DNA of 64,000 nucleotides from Bacteroidales bacterium (GTDB lineage: Bacteria; Bacteroidota; Bacteroidia; Bacteroidales; VadinHA17), in contig DATKXL010000133.1 of NCBI GenBank assembly GCA_035529055.1, positions 3,870-67,869 on the forward strand, read 5' to 3'. The translations under genes and the position numbers were made by a program. Below the pieces are notes generated by a model, which did not search any database, was not told where the DNA came from, and saw nothing but the letters and a program-made list of their open reading frames with translations. Shown piece by piece: positions 1 to 9,564 of the stretch. The number at the start of each line of letters is the position of its first letter. Position 1 is the first letter of the stretch.

Positions 1-595
1 AATAGTTGTTTTCGGAGTACTGTCCGGTGATTGCATTCTGAATGGGATCTATCTTTCCGTTATTGAAAAGGTGGCTGATAATTGCACCGATAAGCACTTC
101 AAATGAAGCGGAGGAGCTTAATCCGGAACCTTTGGGAACTCCGCCGTCGATACATGCGTCAAAACCGCCAATCGTATAGCCAAGTTCTTTAAGGCGCGAA
201 CAGATACCCCTTACAAGGGCAGCCGATGTAAACTGTTCACTTTTATCAGGTGTAAGAGAGGATAAATCCACATCAAATCCGGGATAACCTTCCGACAGAA
301 TGCGAATAACATTTGTATTGTTTTTAGCTGCAACACACACATTGTCGAGATTAACGGCACCGGCAAGCACACGTCCGTAATTGTGGTCAGTGTGGTTACC
401 TCCTATTTCGGTACGACCGGGAGAACTGAAAAATTCAGGTTCCGTGTTACCGAAAGCACTGTTGAATTGCTTTAGCAGATCGATATACCTGGTTGCATTC
501 CTTTTTAATTCAGCCGGATCATTGCCATATAATTCGCGGAATACTTTGTTATCACCATTATTGATCTTTAAAATCAGATTTTCTGTGGTTGTCAT
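1..595 (-). CDS. galK: Galactokinase, N-terminal ~198 codons (gene continues past window start)
   Basis: Own minus-strand translation from ATG at 595..593: MTTTENLILK...SSPGRTEIGGNHTDHNYGRVLA...VPKGSGLSSSASFEVL. This shows the galactokinase signature plus the GHMP-kinase ATP motif. Absent from the ORF track because there is no stop inside the window. Confidence 0.85.
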   Translation of the reverse strand, partial: MTTTENLILKINNGDNKVFRELYGNDPAELKRNATRYIDLLKQFNSAFGNTEPEFFSSPGRTEIGGNHTDHNYGRVLAGAVNLDNVCVAAKNNTNVIRILSEGYPGFDVDLSSLTPDKSEQFTSAALVRGICSRLKELGYTIGGFDACIDGGVPKGSGLSSSASFEVLIGAIISHLFNNGKIDPIQNAITGQYSENNY

Positions 596-719
596 GGATA
601 TTTGATTTTGAGAATTATGATTGATTGTAAATATAATAATTGTCAGGAAATAATAAATAAGGCCGCCTCAAAACAATATTTAAGACGGCCTCTTATCAGA
701 TATTAAAATATTTAAGCCT

Positions 720-2057
720 TTATTTTTTCTTACTTCCCACAAGAGCAAAAAATACAATATACAGGTAGCATATTATCGGCAGGATAAATGAAAATCTTAC
801 ACCTATTCCGTCTGCTACAAGGCCCATAAGCACAGGTATCACTGCACCACCTACGATCAATGAATTGATAAGGCCTGAAGCCATACTGAGTTCTCCTTTG
901 TCGAGTCCATCAACACTGAGTGCAAAAATATTGGGGAACATGATGGAGTTGAAGAAACCAATAGACAAACCAACCCACAATATAATCGGTCCGTTAACTG
1001 CCATGACTACAATCAGAAGCAGGGCAGCAATTAAGCCAAAAACTGCAAGTGATCTGCTGGTATTGCCTCTGCCAAGCTGCATTGCCAGATAGTTTGCCAA
1101 TGCTATTCCTCCGAAAATTAATCCATCAGTAATTTCGTACCTTACAAACCATCCCACAAAAATTGCAAGTGCAATCACCAGAATCGTATAAAAGTATTTC
1201 TTCGATTTTTCGACATTGGATAGCATGAATGATCCATAAAACCGGCCGACCATGGCGCCGCCCCAATAAAGAGCTATCATCATGGCAGCGTCAGACCGGG
1301 CCATTTGCAAAGCCTCCTGGAAATATCTCTGGAGCATTGCTGCAGATCCAACTTCGGCACCGACATAACAGAAAATACCAATTGCTCCAAGTATTACATG
1401 CGGATATTTCCACACGCTTTTTTTCTCTACTCCCTTAGTCGGGATCTCAGGCAATTTTAATAGATATACAGCAATAGCAATCAGTATAACTACAATTGCT
1501 ATGATCAAAAAGGGTGTTGGAACAGATTTAGCTGCATCGGCAGCGCTTAGTGCAGCATCAGCGGAAACCTTAAAGACAAATACACCGGCAATTATTGGTG
1601 CAATGTATGTAGCGATCGAATTCAGAGCCTGGGTCAGGTTTAATCTTCCTGAGGCAGTTTCTGATGGTCCAAGTGCAGTAACATAGGGATTTGCTGCCAC
1701 CTGAAGAAAAACAACACCGCCTGCCATTATAAAAATAGCAAACAAAAAGAATGGAAAGGATAAAGCCTTTGCTGCCGGGAAGAATAGGAAACTTCCAGCT
1801 GCCACGAGTAATAAACCAAGAATTACACCTCCCTTATACCCGATCTTTTTAATAATGCCTCCGGCTGTAAAAGACAAAATAAAATAGGTAAAGAAAAAGG
1901 CACCATTCACCAGCTGGGCCTGAAAGTTTGACAATTCAAAAACTGCTTTAAACTTATCAGCCAGCGTGATATTAAAAGTTGTAACGAACCCAAACAGGAA
2001 GAATATCATTCCCATAAAAGCCATACCTATGGCTTGTGTGTTTTTTTGTTCTGTCAT
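720..2057 (-). CDS. gluP: MFS sugar transporter, glucose/galactose (FucP/GluP) type
   Basis: 445 aa and hydrophobic throughout (about 12 TM helices). N-terminus AIGMAFMGMIFFLFGFVTTFN is typical of the FucP/GluP family. Lies immediately upstream of galK on the same strand. Confidence 0.75.
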   Translation of the reverse strand: MTEQKNTQAIGMAFMGMIFFLFGFVTTFNITLADKFKAVFELSNFQAQLVNGAFFFTYFILSFTAGGIIKKIGYKGGVILGLLLVAAGSFLFFPAAKALSFPFFLFAIFIMAGGVVFLQVAANPYVTALGPSETASGRLNLTQALNSIATYIAPIIAGVFVFKVSADAALSAADAAKSVPTPFLIIAIVVILIAIAVYLLKLPEIPTKGVEKKSVWKYPHVILGAIGIFCYVGAEVGSAAMLQRYFQEALQMARSDAAMMIALYWGGAMVGRFYGSFMLSNVEKSKKYFYTILVIALAIFVGWFVRYEITDGLIFGGIALANYLAMQLGRGNTSRSLAVFGLIAALLLIVVMAVNGPIILWVGLSIGFFNSIMFPNIFALSVDGLDKGELSMASGLINSLIVGGAVIPVLMGLVADGIGVRFSFILPIICYLYIVFFALVGSKKK

Positions 2058-2192
2058 TGTGTAAGTTTTAGGTAATACAAATAATTTCTTAGTTTTCGTT
2101 TGAAGTAAAATTACATTTTAAGATCGATTTTCAAACAATTATTAAATTTTTTTTAGTCGTAACTGAAAATCTGTATTATATGGATGAATGTC

Positions 2193-2200
2193 TATATTTG
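2193..2200 (+). promoter_or_regulatory. Bacteroidota sigma-A -7 box (TAnnTTTG) for truA
   Basis: tatatttg read directly, 14 nt upstream of GTG 2214. Confidence 0.45.
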
Positions 2201-2213
2201 CAGAAACTGCTAT

Positions 2214-2969
2214 GTGAAGACACGCTATTTTATATATATCTCATTTAAAGGCACTTCATTTCATGGCTGGCAGATTCAGCCAAACTCTGTCACAGTGCAG
2301 AAAATCCTTGAAGAGGCTTTAACAAAGATCCTTAAAGAGGAGATAGCTGCAACAGGTGCCGGCCGAACCGATGCAGGAGTACATGCCCTTGTCTTCTGCG
2401 CGCATTTTGACACCATTTCTCCGGATCTTTCAGCAACCGGGAATCTTGTTTACCGGCTAAACCGGTATCTCCCTGACGATATTTCCGTGATATCTGTAAA
2501 AAAGGTTTTACCGGATGCCAATGCCCGATACAGCGCCATTTCCAGAACCTATTGCTATTATATTGTGCAAACCAAAGAACCTTTTTTCAGGGAATCAAGC
2601 TGGTATCTTCACGGCCACTTTGATATTTCAGCAATGAACAGAGCCTCTGATATAATTTTAAACCATACCGATTTTACCAGCTTCAGCAAACTTCACTCGA
2701 ATGTGAAAAACAATTTCTGCAAAATATATCATGCAGGCTGGGAAGAAAAAGAGAAACGTCTTATTTTCACTATAAAGGCAGACAGGTTTTTAAGGAATAT
2801 GGTAAGGTCAATTGTAGGTACAATGGTCAATGTCGGACTGGCAAAAACATCGATAACAGAATTTGAGGAGATTATTCTTGCCAAAGACCGATGCCGCGCC
2901 GGTATGTCAGCACCGGCAAAGGGACTCTTTCTAACTGATATTGAATACCCTGAGGAGATATTCGTTTAG
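2214..2969 (+). CDS. truA: tRNA pseudouridine(38-40) synthase
   Basis: ORF 2184..2969 with FKGTSFHGWQIQ and GAGRTDAGVHA (catalytic Asp motif). Start moved to in-frame GTG 2214 because a TAtaTTTG -7 box (2193..2200) lies inside the longer ORF. Confidence 0.85.
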   Translation: MKTRYFIYISFKGTSFHGWQIQPNSVTVQKILEEALTKILKEEIAATGAGRTDAGVHALVFCAHFDTISPDLSATGNLVYRLNRYLPDDISVISVKKVLPDANARYSAISRTYCYYIVQTKEPFFRESSWYLHGHFDISAMNRASDIILNHTDFTSFSKLHSNVKNNFCKIYHAGWEEKEKRLIFTIKADRFLRNMVRSIVGTMVNVGLAKTSITEFEEIILAKDRCRAGMSAPAKGLFLTDIEYPEEIFV

Positions 2970-3721
2970 AACCTGTCGCTGTTCCATATTTCCCAGGCTT
3001 TTTCTGCCTGAGAATGAAGCATTTCCAGCCCTGTTACTATTGAACATCCTCTCTCCCTCCCTGATCTAAGGAAGGCTGTAATTTCCGGGTTATATACAAG
3101 ATCGAACAAAATATGTTTTTCGCCAAGCAAGTTATAATCAATATCAGGTTTCCCGTTTATTTCGGGGAACATCCCCAATGGAGTTGTGTTGATAATTAAA
3201 TCTGCTCCTTTCATTACCCCGGAATCTATATCAGGATAGCTTAAAATGTCACCATCTCTTTTCCGGGAAATAAGTGTAAAATTTACACCATATTTTTTTA
3301 ACACATATTGTACTGATTTTGAGCTTCCTCCCGTACCCAGAACAAGGGCATTCTTCAATCTGCCTTGTTCAATAAATTGTCTGAGTGAATCACTGATACC
3401 TGTTATGTCGCTATTATAGCCTAATAATTTTATTTTATCTTTTACCCTTTTGATTTTCAGCACATTAACTGAACCAATCCGTGCTGCTTCATTATCGAGG
3501 AGATGGACATATCTGATAACCTCCGACTTATAAGGAATCGTTACATTCAGACCACAGAGATACGGATCAGACTTAATAAGGTCAGGCAGCTGGTCGATCG
3601 TTGTAAGGGGAAAGTTGTCATATGAACAATCATTGATCTTCTCCGTTGCAAATTTCTCTGTAAAATATGCCTTTGAAAAAGAGTGTCCGAGAGGATATCC
3701 GATGAGACCAAATTTCCTCAT
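2966..3721 (-). CDS. aroE: Shikimate 5-dehydrogenase
   Basis: 251 aa with N-terminus MRKFGLIGYPLGHSFSKAYF, a GTGGSSKSV nucleotide-binding loop, and NTTPLGM. Confidence 0.85.
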   Translation of the reverse strand: MRKFGLIGYPLGHSFSKAYFTEKFATEKINDCSYDNFPLTTIDQLPDLIKSDPYLCGLNVTIPYKSEVIRYVHLLDNEAARIGSVNVLKIKRVKDKIKLLGYNSDITGISDSLRQFIEQGRLKNALVLGTGGSSKSVQYVLKKYGVNFTLISRKRDGDILSYPDIDSGVMKGADLIINTTPLGMFPEINGKPDIDYNLLGEKHILFDLVYNPEITAFLRSGRERGCSIVTGLEMLHSQAEKAWEIWNSDRF

Positions 3722-3765
3722 CTCATATTATTTTGTAGAGCAGTTAAGAAGTTGATACCAGATCC

Positions 3766-4542
3766 TCAACCATTTTTCAGGTTATCCGGAAGGAATTGAA
3801 AGAATGTATCGCCACGGAGCCCGCAACGCAACGATTCAAGAGGAATGATCTCATTAGGCGCAATATTGCCCAGATTAACGTTTGCACCGAAGTTCTTAAT
3901 GAACCATGCTTGCTGAGATTTCAGAGGCGCCTCCCAGATAACATTATCAAGTTTAACGTGTTCAGAGATAGCCTTGATCAGAGGGGAATTAATTGAGCCG
4001 TCATCGTTATAAATTCCGATTGTACCCGATTCACGGGCTTCTGCTATCACTTTAACTGATCCTGCGCTCAGTTCAGCCTTCATCATAGCAACCCATTCGT
4101 CGGGAGAGTAAATAACATCTTTCTTTTTGGATCCCACTTCTGATATTACCGTACCTCTTTCCGCAAGACGGCTGATGTACTCAAGTTTCCTTTTATGCTC
4201 AAAATCGTATGATCCGTCTGATACCTCAACCAGTTCAATTTCATTCTTATCAAGGAACTCGAGGTATTCCCTGAACATATTCCGGATAATAAATGCTTCG
4301 AAAAGAGTCCCCCCAAAATAAGGGATTGTACCAGCTTCCTTATAAATTTTTATTTTCTTTTCGAAGCCGGGAGTAAGAAGGGATGTACCAAAACCAAGTT
4401 TCACAAAATCAGTATATTCGCTACCGACTGACATGAAGTCTTCTGCCTCTCTGATACTCAGGCCCTTATCCATTACCATAGTTAAACCCGAATTCCTTGG
4501 TTTTAAAGGCCGGTCGGGAATAAACGGAAGTATCTTATTCAT
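3766..4542 (-). CDS. Phosphosulfolactate synthase (ComA) family protein
   Basis: 258 aa. RPLKPRNSGLTMVMDKG...YTDFVKLGFGTSLL...GGTLFE matches my memory of the ComA/PSL synthase family pattern. Confidence 0.65.
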   Translation of the reverse strand: MNKILPFIPDRPLKPRNSGLTMVMDKGLSIREAEDFMSVGSEYTDFVKLGFGTSLLTPGFEKKIKIYKEAGTIPYFGGTLFEAFIIRNMFREYLEFLDKNEIELVEVSDGSYDFEHKRKLEYISRLAERGTVISEVGSKKKDVIYSPDEWVAMMKAELSAGSVKVIAEARESGTIGIYNDDGSINSPLIKAISEHVKLDNVIWEAPLKSQQAWFIKNFGANVNLGNIAPNEIIPLESLRCGLRGDTFFQFLPDNLKNG

Positions 4543-4568
4543 AGTAGTAGGTTTTTGAAGTTCAGAGT

Positions 4569-5981
4569 TCAGATAAGATTATTGTAATCAAGAAGTTTTC
4601 TGATTTTACGGGTTAAGAGTCTGCCCGGAAAGATTTCACTAAAATCGGTAAAAAGGTCTTTATCTGTGTCTATTGCAATGGTCAGGTGTCTGTAAGCCGA
4701 TTCAGTGCTTCCAGAATGTAAATGAAAAGAAGCAAGAAGATAATTTATTCCCGGCACATCGCCAATAACTTTGTACGCCTTCTCAAGGTATGGAAGAGCT
4801 TTTGATGATAGTCCGTCTTTTAAGATGATCTTACCAAGATCGGACCAGATCTCGTTGTAATATGCATCTATCTTAAGAGCTTCTCTGTAGCACCTGAGAG
4901 CGGCTTTTTTCTCATCCTTGACATAGTGGGCTTTGCCAAGCAGATACCATATTTCAGGATTCTCGTCATCGAGTCTGACAGCTTTTCTCAGAAAAATAAG
5001 GCTGTCGTCGGGATAGCCTGTATTCAGGGCAATAACGCCAAGACCTAACCAGGGATCAGCAAAATCGGGTGCAAGTTCTATAGCTTCCTGGTAATATTTT
5101 TTTGCAAGAATCAGCTCGTTTGTTTTTTCATAACATTCAGCCAGATAAGTAATTGCCTCTATACTATCAGGTTCATTTTCGAGATATTCATGATAAACAG
5201 GAATAGCTTCGGCATATCGTTCAAGATTGCTGAGGATATTTCCCTTATTAAACAGAGCAAAAGTATTCTGCGAATTTATAGCCAGAGCATAATCGTAAGC
5301 TTCCATTGCTTTATCATGCTGTTCAAGTTTATTATAAATAATCCCGAGGTTATACCAGGCGCTATCAGAAAAAGGTTCCTCTTCAAGGTATTTCTTATAA
5401 TAGACTATGCTGTTGCTGAAATCTTCAGTCTTTTCATAAGCATATGCCAGGTCGTATAAATGCGCATAAAAGTCCGGTTCCATCTCAATCAGTTTATTAA
5501 GGTACGGAATCAGATGCTCATAATAATTCAGGTTTTGTAAGACTGATGTAATTGAGAAAAGAATGTTTCCAACGTCATCGGAATCAAGTGAAAGTGAATA
5601 GTCAAACATTTTTTTTGCGCCCTGAATATCGCCAAGCATGCCCATGGCTGTTCCTTTGGCAATATATATTTCATGATTCCCGGGTTCAATGCTTTCGAGT
5701 CTCTTAAGGATACTGAGGGTCTCAACAGCTCTGCCTTTATCCAGCAACACTCTGGCTTTTCTTAATTGGATCGATACGGAATTAGGATGTTGTTCGGAGG
5801 CCAAAACAGCGGCTTCAAAAGCTCTTATTGAATTATTGCTTTCAAGGTAAAAATCTATTATTGTCTCAAATTCAATGACATCAAAAAAACAGTTCTCATT
5901 GTTTTTTTTCATCATCTCGAATTTCTGAATAGCCTTCTTTACTTCCTCCTCATGTGAAGGTCCAAATTTATCATCTTCCAT
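4569..5981 (-). CDS. Tetratricopeptide (TPR) repeat protein
   Basis: Repeated 34-aa A/Y/L-patterned units (e.g. AWYNLGIIYNKLEQHDKAMEAYDYALAINSQN). Start set at ATG 5981 because a TActTTTG -7 box (6007..6000, minus strand) lies inside the TTG-started ORF 4569..6023. Confidence 0.7.
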   Translation of the reverse strand: MEDDKFGPSHEEEVKKAIQKFEMMKKNNENCFFDVIEFETIIDFYLESNNSIRAFEAAVLASEQHPNSVSIQLRKARVLLDKGRAVETLSILKRLESIEPGNHEIYIAKGTAMGMLGDIQGAKKMFDYSLSLDSDDVGNILFSITSVLQNLNYYEHLIPYLNKLIEMEPDFYAHLYDLAYAYEKTEDFSNSIVYYKKYLEEEPFSDSAWYNLGIIYNKLEQHDKAMEAYDYALAINSQNTFALFNKGNILSNLERYAEAIPVYHEYLENEPDSIEAITYLAECYEKTNELILAKKYYQEAIELAPDFADPWLGLGVIALNTGYPDDSLIFLRKAVRLDDENPEIWYLLGKAHYVKDEKKAALRCYREALKIDAYYNEIWSDLGKIILKDGLSSKALPYLEKAYKVIGDVPGINYLLASFHLHSGSTESAYRHLTIAIDTDKDLFTDFSEIFPGRLLTRKIRKLLDYNNLI

Positions 5982-5999
5982 GTTGCAGTATAATGAGTA

Positions 6000-6007
6000 C
6001 AAAAGTA
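6000..6007 (-). promoter_or_regulatory. -7 box (TActTTTG) for the TPR gene
   Basis: The reverse complement of caaaagta is tacttttg, 19 nt upstream of ATG 5981. Confidence 0.45.
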
Positions 6008-6181
6008 ATAACATTTTTAACAAGCTGTTTTGGGTAGTTATTCAATTATCAACATTTTAATATTTTTTCAAACACCTATAAACCAATTCAATACAAATAA
6101 AAATTAAATATTTCGTATTTTTTGAAACTTCCAACGCAACCAAAAGAGTCAAATTTCCATCTTATGGTTAGATTTAAAACT

Positions 6182-6219
6182 GATTTACCCAATATCCAAG
6201 ATTTACCCTAGGATTAACC
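6182..6219 (+). repeat. Direct repeats GATTTACCC (x2) plus degenerate GATTAACC
   Basis: Copies at 6182..6190 and 6200..6208, with a third degenerate copy at 6212..6219. They lie just upstream of the orphan hairpin. Confidence 0.6.
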
Positions 6220-6237
6220 TAAATTCTACCTTCGAAG

Positions 6238-6260
6238 AACCGGGCATTGACCCGGTTTTT
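6238..6260 (+). terminator. Orphan intrinsic-terminator-like hairpin plus T-tract
   Basis: aaccggg (6238..6244), loop cattga, cccggtt (6251..6257), followed by tttttcatttt. There is no annotated plus-strand gene upstream of it. Confidence 0.45.
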
Positions 6261-6273
6261 CATTTTATCTTAA

Positions 6274-6281
6274 TATATTTG
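6274..6281 (+). promoter_or_regulatory. -7 box (TAtaTTTG) for the PD40-repeat gene
   Basis: tatatttg, 28 nt upstream of ATG 6309. Confidence 0.45.
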
Positions 6282-6308
6282 CAGCAATATCTTAATTTTA
6301 CGCTGAAA

Positions 6309-7310
6309 ATGAAAAAACTACTTATATATATCTCAGTAACAAGTCTTATAGTCATTATTCTGATTTCATCCACAACGTGCAAAAAGACTGAAAATCCGAT
6401 CAAATTTCCTAAAGGCACTTTTCCTGATTCTATTATTAATATTTCAGGTATTAATTCTGTCTATGACGATTATAATATGGACATTTATGTAATTTCAGCC
6501 GCCAATCCTCTGGTTTTTTCAAGCAACAGGGGGAGCGGCGGAGGACAGTTTGACCTTGTCTATGGTACACTCTCGTACTTGTTCAGCCAGGAAACGGGTG
6601 ATTTCATCCTGAATGGGGAAATGACAAATGACGCTTTCCTTGCTAAACTGGTCTTAAAAGTAAACACCTCCGGAAATGACTTTGGTCCCTACCGTTTATA
6701 CAGCCCTCTCGACGGTTATGAATACCTCATAGTATCATCGGTTAATACTAACGGGAACCTTGACTTTTATTATACAAAGAATCGGCCCTATTTTGGCACT
6801 ACAATACCTGAAGTAAGCGGTCCCTATCCTGTCAGCCTTTTAAATTCAGGTTCAGATGATGCATATATATGTTTTGATACCAATCAGGATTCGGCTTATT
6901 TTTCCACAAGCAGGGATGGGAATTTTGATATCTTTCTTCATAAAAGACCAGCTGAAACAAATCTGGATACATGGTTCAATCTTGACTTTTCTTCTTCTTC
7001 CAGGGTTGACAGTATTAATAGTACAAGTGATGACAAATGTCCGCTTATTCTTGGTAAGATAATGGTTTTCACTTCGAACAGGCCAGGTGGAATGGGAGGT
7101 TATGATCTGTATTATTCCGTTTTCAGAAAAGGAAAATGGAGTTCCCCTGTTAATTTCGGGCCCGGCATTAACACCTCATCGGATGAATACAGGCCTGTTC
7201 TGGGCGGGCATGATGATTTTACAAATCTTCTGATGATATTCTCTTCAAACAGACCCGGAGGGAAAGGAGGCTTTGATCTTTATTTTACCGGTGTCGAATT
7301 TCTGAATTAA
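6309..7310 (+). CDS. Secreted/lipoprotein with PD40 (TolB-like beta-propeller) repeats
   Basis: Four repeats: FSSNRGSGGGQFDLVY, FSTSRDGNFDIFL, FTSNRPGGMGGYDLYY, FSSNRPGGKGGFDLYF. Signal peptide MKKLLIYISVTSLIVIILISSTTC. ATG 6309 chosen because the TAtaTTTG box at 6274..6281 overlaps the ORF-track start 6279. Confidence 0.65.
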   Translation: MKKLLIYISVTSLIVIILISSTTCKKTENPIKFPKGTFPDSIINISGINSVYDDYNMDIYVISAANPLVFSSNRGSGGGQFDLVYGTLSYLFSQETGDFILNGEMTNDAFLAKLVLKVNTSGNDFGPYRLYSPLDGYEYLIVSSVNTNGNLDFYYTKNRPYFGTTIPEVSGPYPVSLLNSGSDDAYICFDTNQDSAYFSTSRDGNFDIFLHKRPAETNLDTWFNLDFSSSSRVDSINSTSDDKCPLILGKIMVFTSNRPGGMGGYDLYYSVFRKGKWSSPVNFGPGINTSSDEYRPVLGGHDDFTNLLMIFSSNRPGGKGGFDLYFTGVEFLN

Positions 7311-7322
7311 AACTACACGATC

Positions 7323-8210
7323 TTATAAAGGATTCTGCTTCATTGCAGAAGCTAACAGGGTGTTTCGCAGCAACGATACTCGTGTCATAGGTCCCACACC
7401 ACCGGGAACAGGTGTTATAAAAGAGCATTTGGGAGCCACATTTTCAAAATCGACATCGCCAACCAGTCTGAATCCTGATTTTGATCCCGGAGAGATGATC
7501 CTGGTCGTACCAACATCTATAACAACAGCGCCTTCCTTTACCATATCTGCTTTTACAAAGGCCGGAGAACCCGTTGCCGCAATAATAATATCCGCTTCTT
7601 TTGTAACATAGTCAATGTTACGCGTACGGCTGTGCACAACTGTTACTGTTGCATCCATGCCTTTCTGTGAAAGGAGTATACTGACAGGCCTTCCGACAAT
7701 ATTGCTTCGTCCAATCACTACACAGTTCTTTCCGGATGTCTCAATTTTATATCTCTTCATCAGTTCAATAATACCATATGGTGTTGCCGGCAAAAAGCCA
7801 GGAAGCCCGATTACCATCCTGCCGATATTTACCGGATGAAAACCATCTGCATCTTTTGCAGGATCGATTGCCTCAATTACCCTGTTTTCAGAGATTTGGG
7901 CAGGCAGGGGCAGCTGGACGATAAATCCATCAATATCCTCATCTCTGTTCAATTCAGATATTCTTTCAAGGAGGTTTGATTCAGTTGTATCATCAGCCAT
8001 TCTTATGAGAGTCGATTTAAAACCCACTTCATGACAATCCCTTACCTTATTAGCAACATATGTTTCGCTCGACCCATTATTTCCTACGAGGATAGCGGCA
8101 AGGTGTGGTATTTTTTTTCCCTCTGTAATGAGTCTCTTTACCTCCTGAGCAATCTCATTTTTAATTTCCGAGGCGATTTTTTTACCGTCAATTAAAGTGT
8201 ACATTTTCAA
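7323..8210 (-). CDS. folD: Bifunctional methylenetetrahydrofolate dehydrogenase/methenyl-THF cyclohydrolase
   Basis: 295 aa with [21 protein letters not shown] and [11 protein letters not shown] motifs. Confidence 0.9.
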   Translation of the reverse strand: MKMYTLIDGKKIASEIKNEIAQEVKRLITEGKKIPHLAAILVGNNGSSETYVANKVRDCHEVGFKSTLIRMADDTTESNLLERISELNRDEDIDGFIVQLPLPAQISENRVIEAIDPAKDADGFHPVNIGRMVIGLPGFLPATPYGIIELMKRYKIETSGKNCVVIGRSNIVGRPVSILLSQKGMDATVTVVHSRTRNIDYVTKEADIIIAATGSPAFVKADMVKEGAVVIDVGTTRIISPGSKSGFRLVGDVDFENVAPKCSFITPVPGGVGPMTRVSLLRNTLLASAMKQNPL

Positions 8211-8212
8211 TT

Positions 8213-9532
8213 CTATTTTTTGCCTATCATTCTGGCAACATTACCTTTTTTGGTCATCATCTTCATCATTCGCCGGGTCTCATCAAATTGTTTTAATAGC
8301 TTATTGACCTCCTGAACTGATGTACCGCTGCCTGTTGCAATTCTTTTTCGCCGGCTTCCGTTGAGAACCATCGGATTTGTTCTTTCTTCAGGAGTCATGC
8401 TCCTGATAATTGCTTCAATCCCTTTAAAAGCATTATCATCAATATCAAGATCTTTCACAGCTTTTCCTGCGCCAGGGATCATTGCCATCAGATCTTTAAC
8501 GTTTCCCATCTTCTTAATCTGTTGTATCTGGGCTATAAAATCGTTAAAGTCAAACTGATCCCTGGCAATTTTCTTCTGGAGCTTTCTTGCTTCTTCGACA
8601 TCATATTGCTCCTGGGCCTTCTCAACAAGAGATACGATATCTCCCATGCCAAGTATTCTGTCTGCCATCCGGCCAGGGTAGAAAATATCGATAGCATCCA
8701 TTTTTTCACCTGAGCTGACAAACTTAATTGGCTTATTTACCACCGATTTTATTGAAAGAGCGGCACCTCCACGGGTATCCCCATCGAGTTTAGTTAATAC
8801 AACTCCATCAAAATCAAGTCTTTCATTAAACTCTCTTGCGGTATTTACAGCATCCTGTCCGGTCATTGAATCAACGACAAAAAGCACTTCATGAGGATTC
8901 ACAGCTTCCTTAACAGTAGAGATCTCTTTCATCATCTCCTCATCAATAGCCAGCCGGCCGGCAGTATCTATGATCACGAGATCGTAACCCTTCAGTTTTG
9001 CTTCTTTAATTGAATTCCTGGCTATCTGCACCGGATTAAGGTTTCCCTCTTCTGTATAAACAGGAACCTCTATTTGCGATCCGATTATTTTAAGCTGCTC
9101 AATAGCTGCAGGTCTATAGACATCACCGGCTACCAGCAGAGGGTTTTTACCCCGCTTGCTCTTTCCCCACTTTGCAAGTTTTCCGCTGAAGGTGGTCTTT
9201 CCTGATCCCTGGAGACCTGCGATCAACACAATTGCAGGGTTAATTTTTATATTGATATCGGTCTTATCTCCTCCCATCAGCTCAACCAACTCATCATGAA
9301 CGATTTTAATCATCATCTGCGATGGATTGATTGACTTCAGTACCTCCTGCCCAAGGGCTTTGACCTTTACTGTATCGGTAAACTGCTTGGCAATTTTAAA
9401 ATTCACATCGGCATCAAGCAAAGCCCTGCGAACCTCCTTCAATGTTTCGGCGATGTTAATCTCCGATATTCTGCCCTGTCCTTTTAGTATTTTAAAGGAT
9501 TTTTCAAGCCGTTCACTTAAATTCTCAAACAT
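8213..9532 (-). CDS. ffh: Signal recognition particle protein
   Basis: 439 aa with GLQGSGKTT (G1), DTAGR and TKLDGD, plus a Met-rich C-terminal M domain ([11 protein letters not shown]). Confidence 0.92.
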   Translation of the reverse strand: MFENLSERLEKSFKILKGQGRISEINIAETLKEVRRALLDADVNFKIAKQFTDTVKVKALGQEVLKSINPSQMMIKIVHDELVELMGGDKTDINIKINPAIVLIAGLQGSGKTTFSGKLAKWGKSKRGKNPLLVAGDVYRPAAIEQLKIIGSQIEVPVYTEEGNLNPVQIARNSIKEAKLKGYDLVIIDTAGRLAIDEEMMKEISTVKEAVNPHEVLFVVDSMTGQDAVNTAREFNERLDFDGVVLTKLDGDTRGGAALSIKSVVNKPIKFVSSGEKMDAIDIFYPGRMADRILGMGDIVSLVEKAQEQYDVEEARKLQKKIARDQFDFNDFIAQIQQIKKMGNVKDLMAMIPGAGKAVKDLDIDDNAFKGIEAIIRSMTPEERTNPMVLNGSRRKRIATGSGTSVQEVNKLLKQFDETRRMMKMMTKKGNVARMIGKK

Positions 9533-9564
9533 AAATAATCAGGATATTTTAGATATAATTAGCA

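Noticed and set aside
660-695. Possible hairpin AGGCCG...CGGCCT between gluP and galK
   Set aside because: The stem is only 6 bp, the loop is 20 nt, and there is no T-tract on the transcribed (minus) strand. That is too weak to call a terminator or attenuator.
2184-2213. N-terminal extensions proposed by the ORF track (also at 6279, 11546, 12121, 29389, 41202, 43057, 60311, 62627)
   Set aside because: In each case the extension has one of three problems. It contains the gene's own TAnnTTTG -7 box, it overlaps the upstream gene, or it adds residues ahead of a well-formed family N-terminus or signal peptide. A downstream ATG or GTG was preferred.
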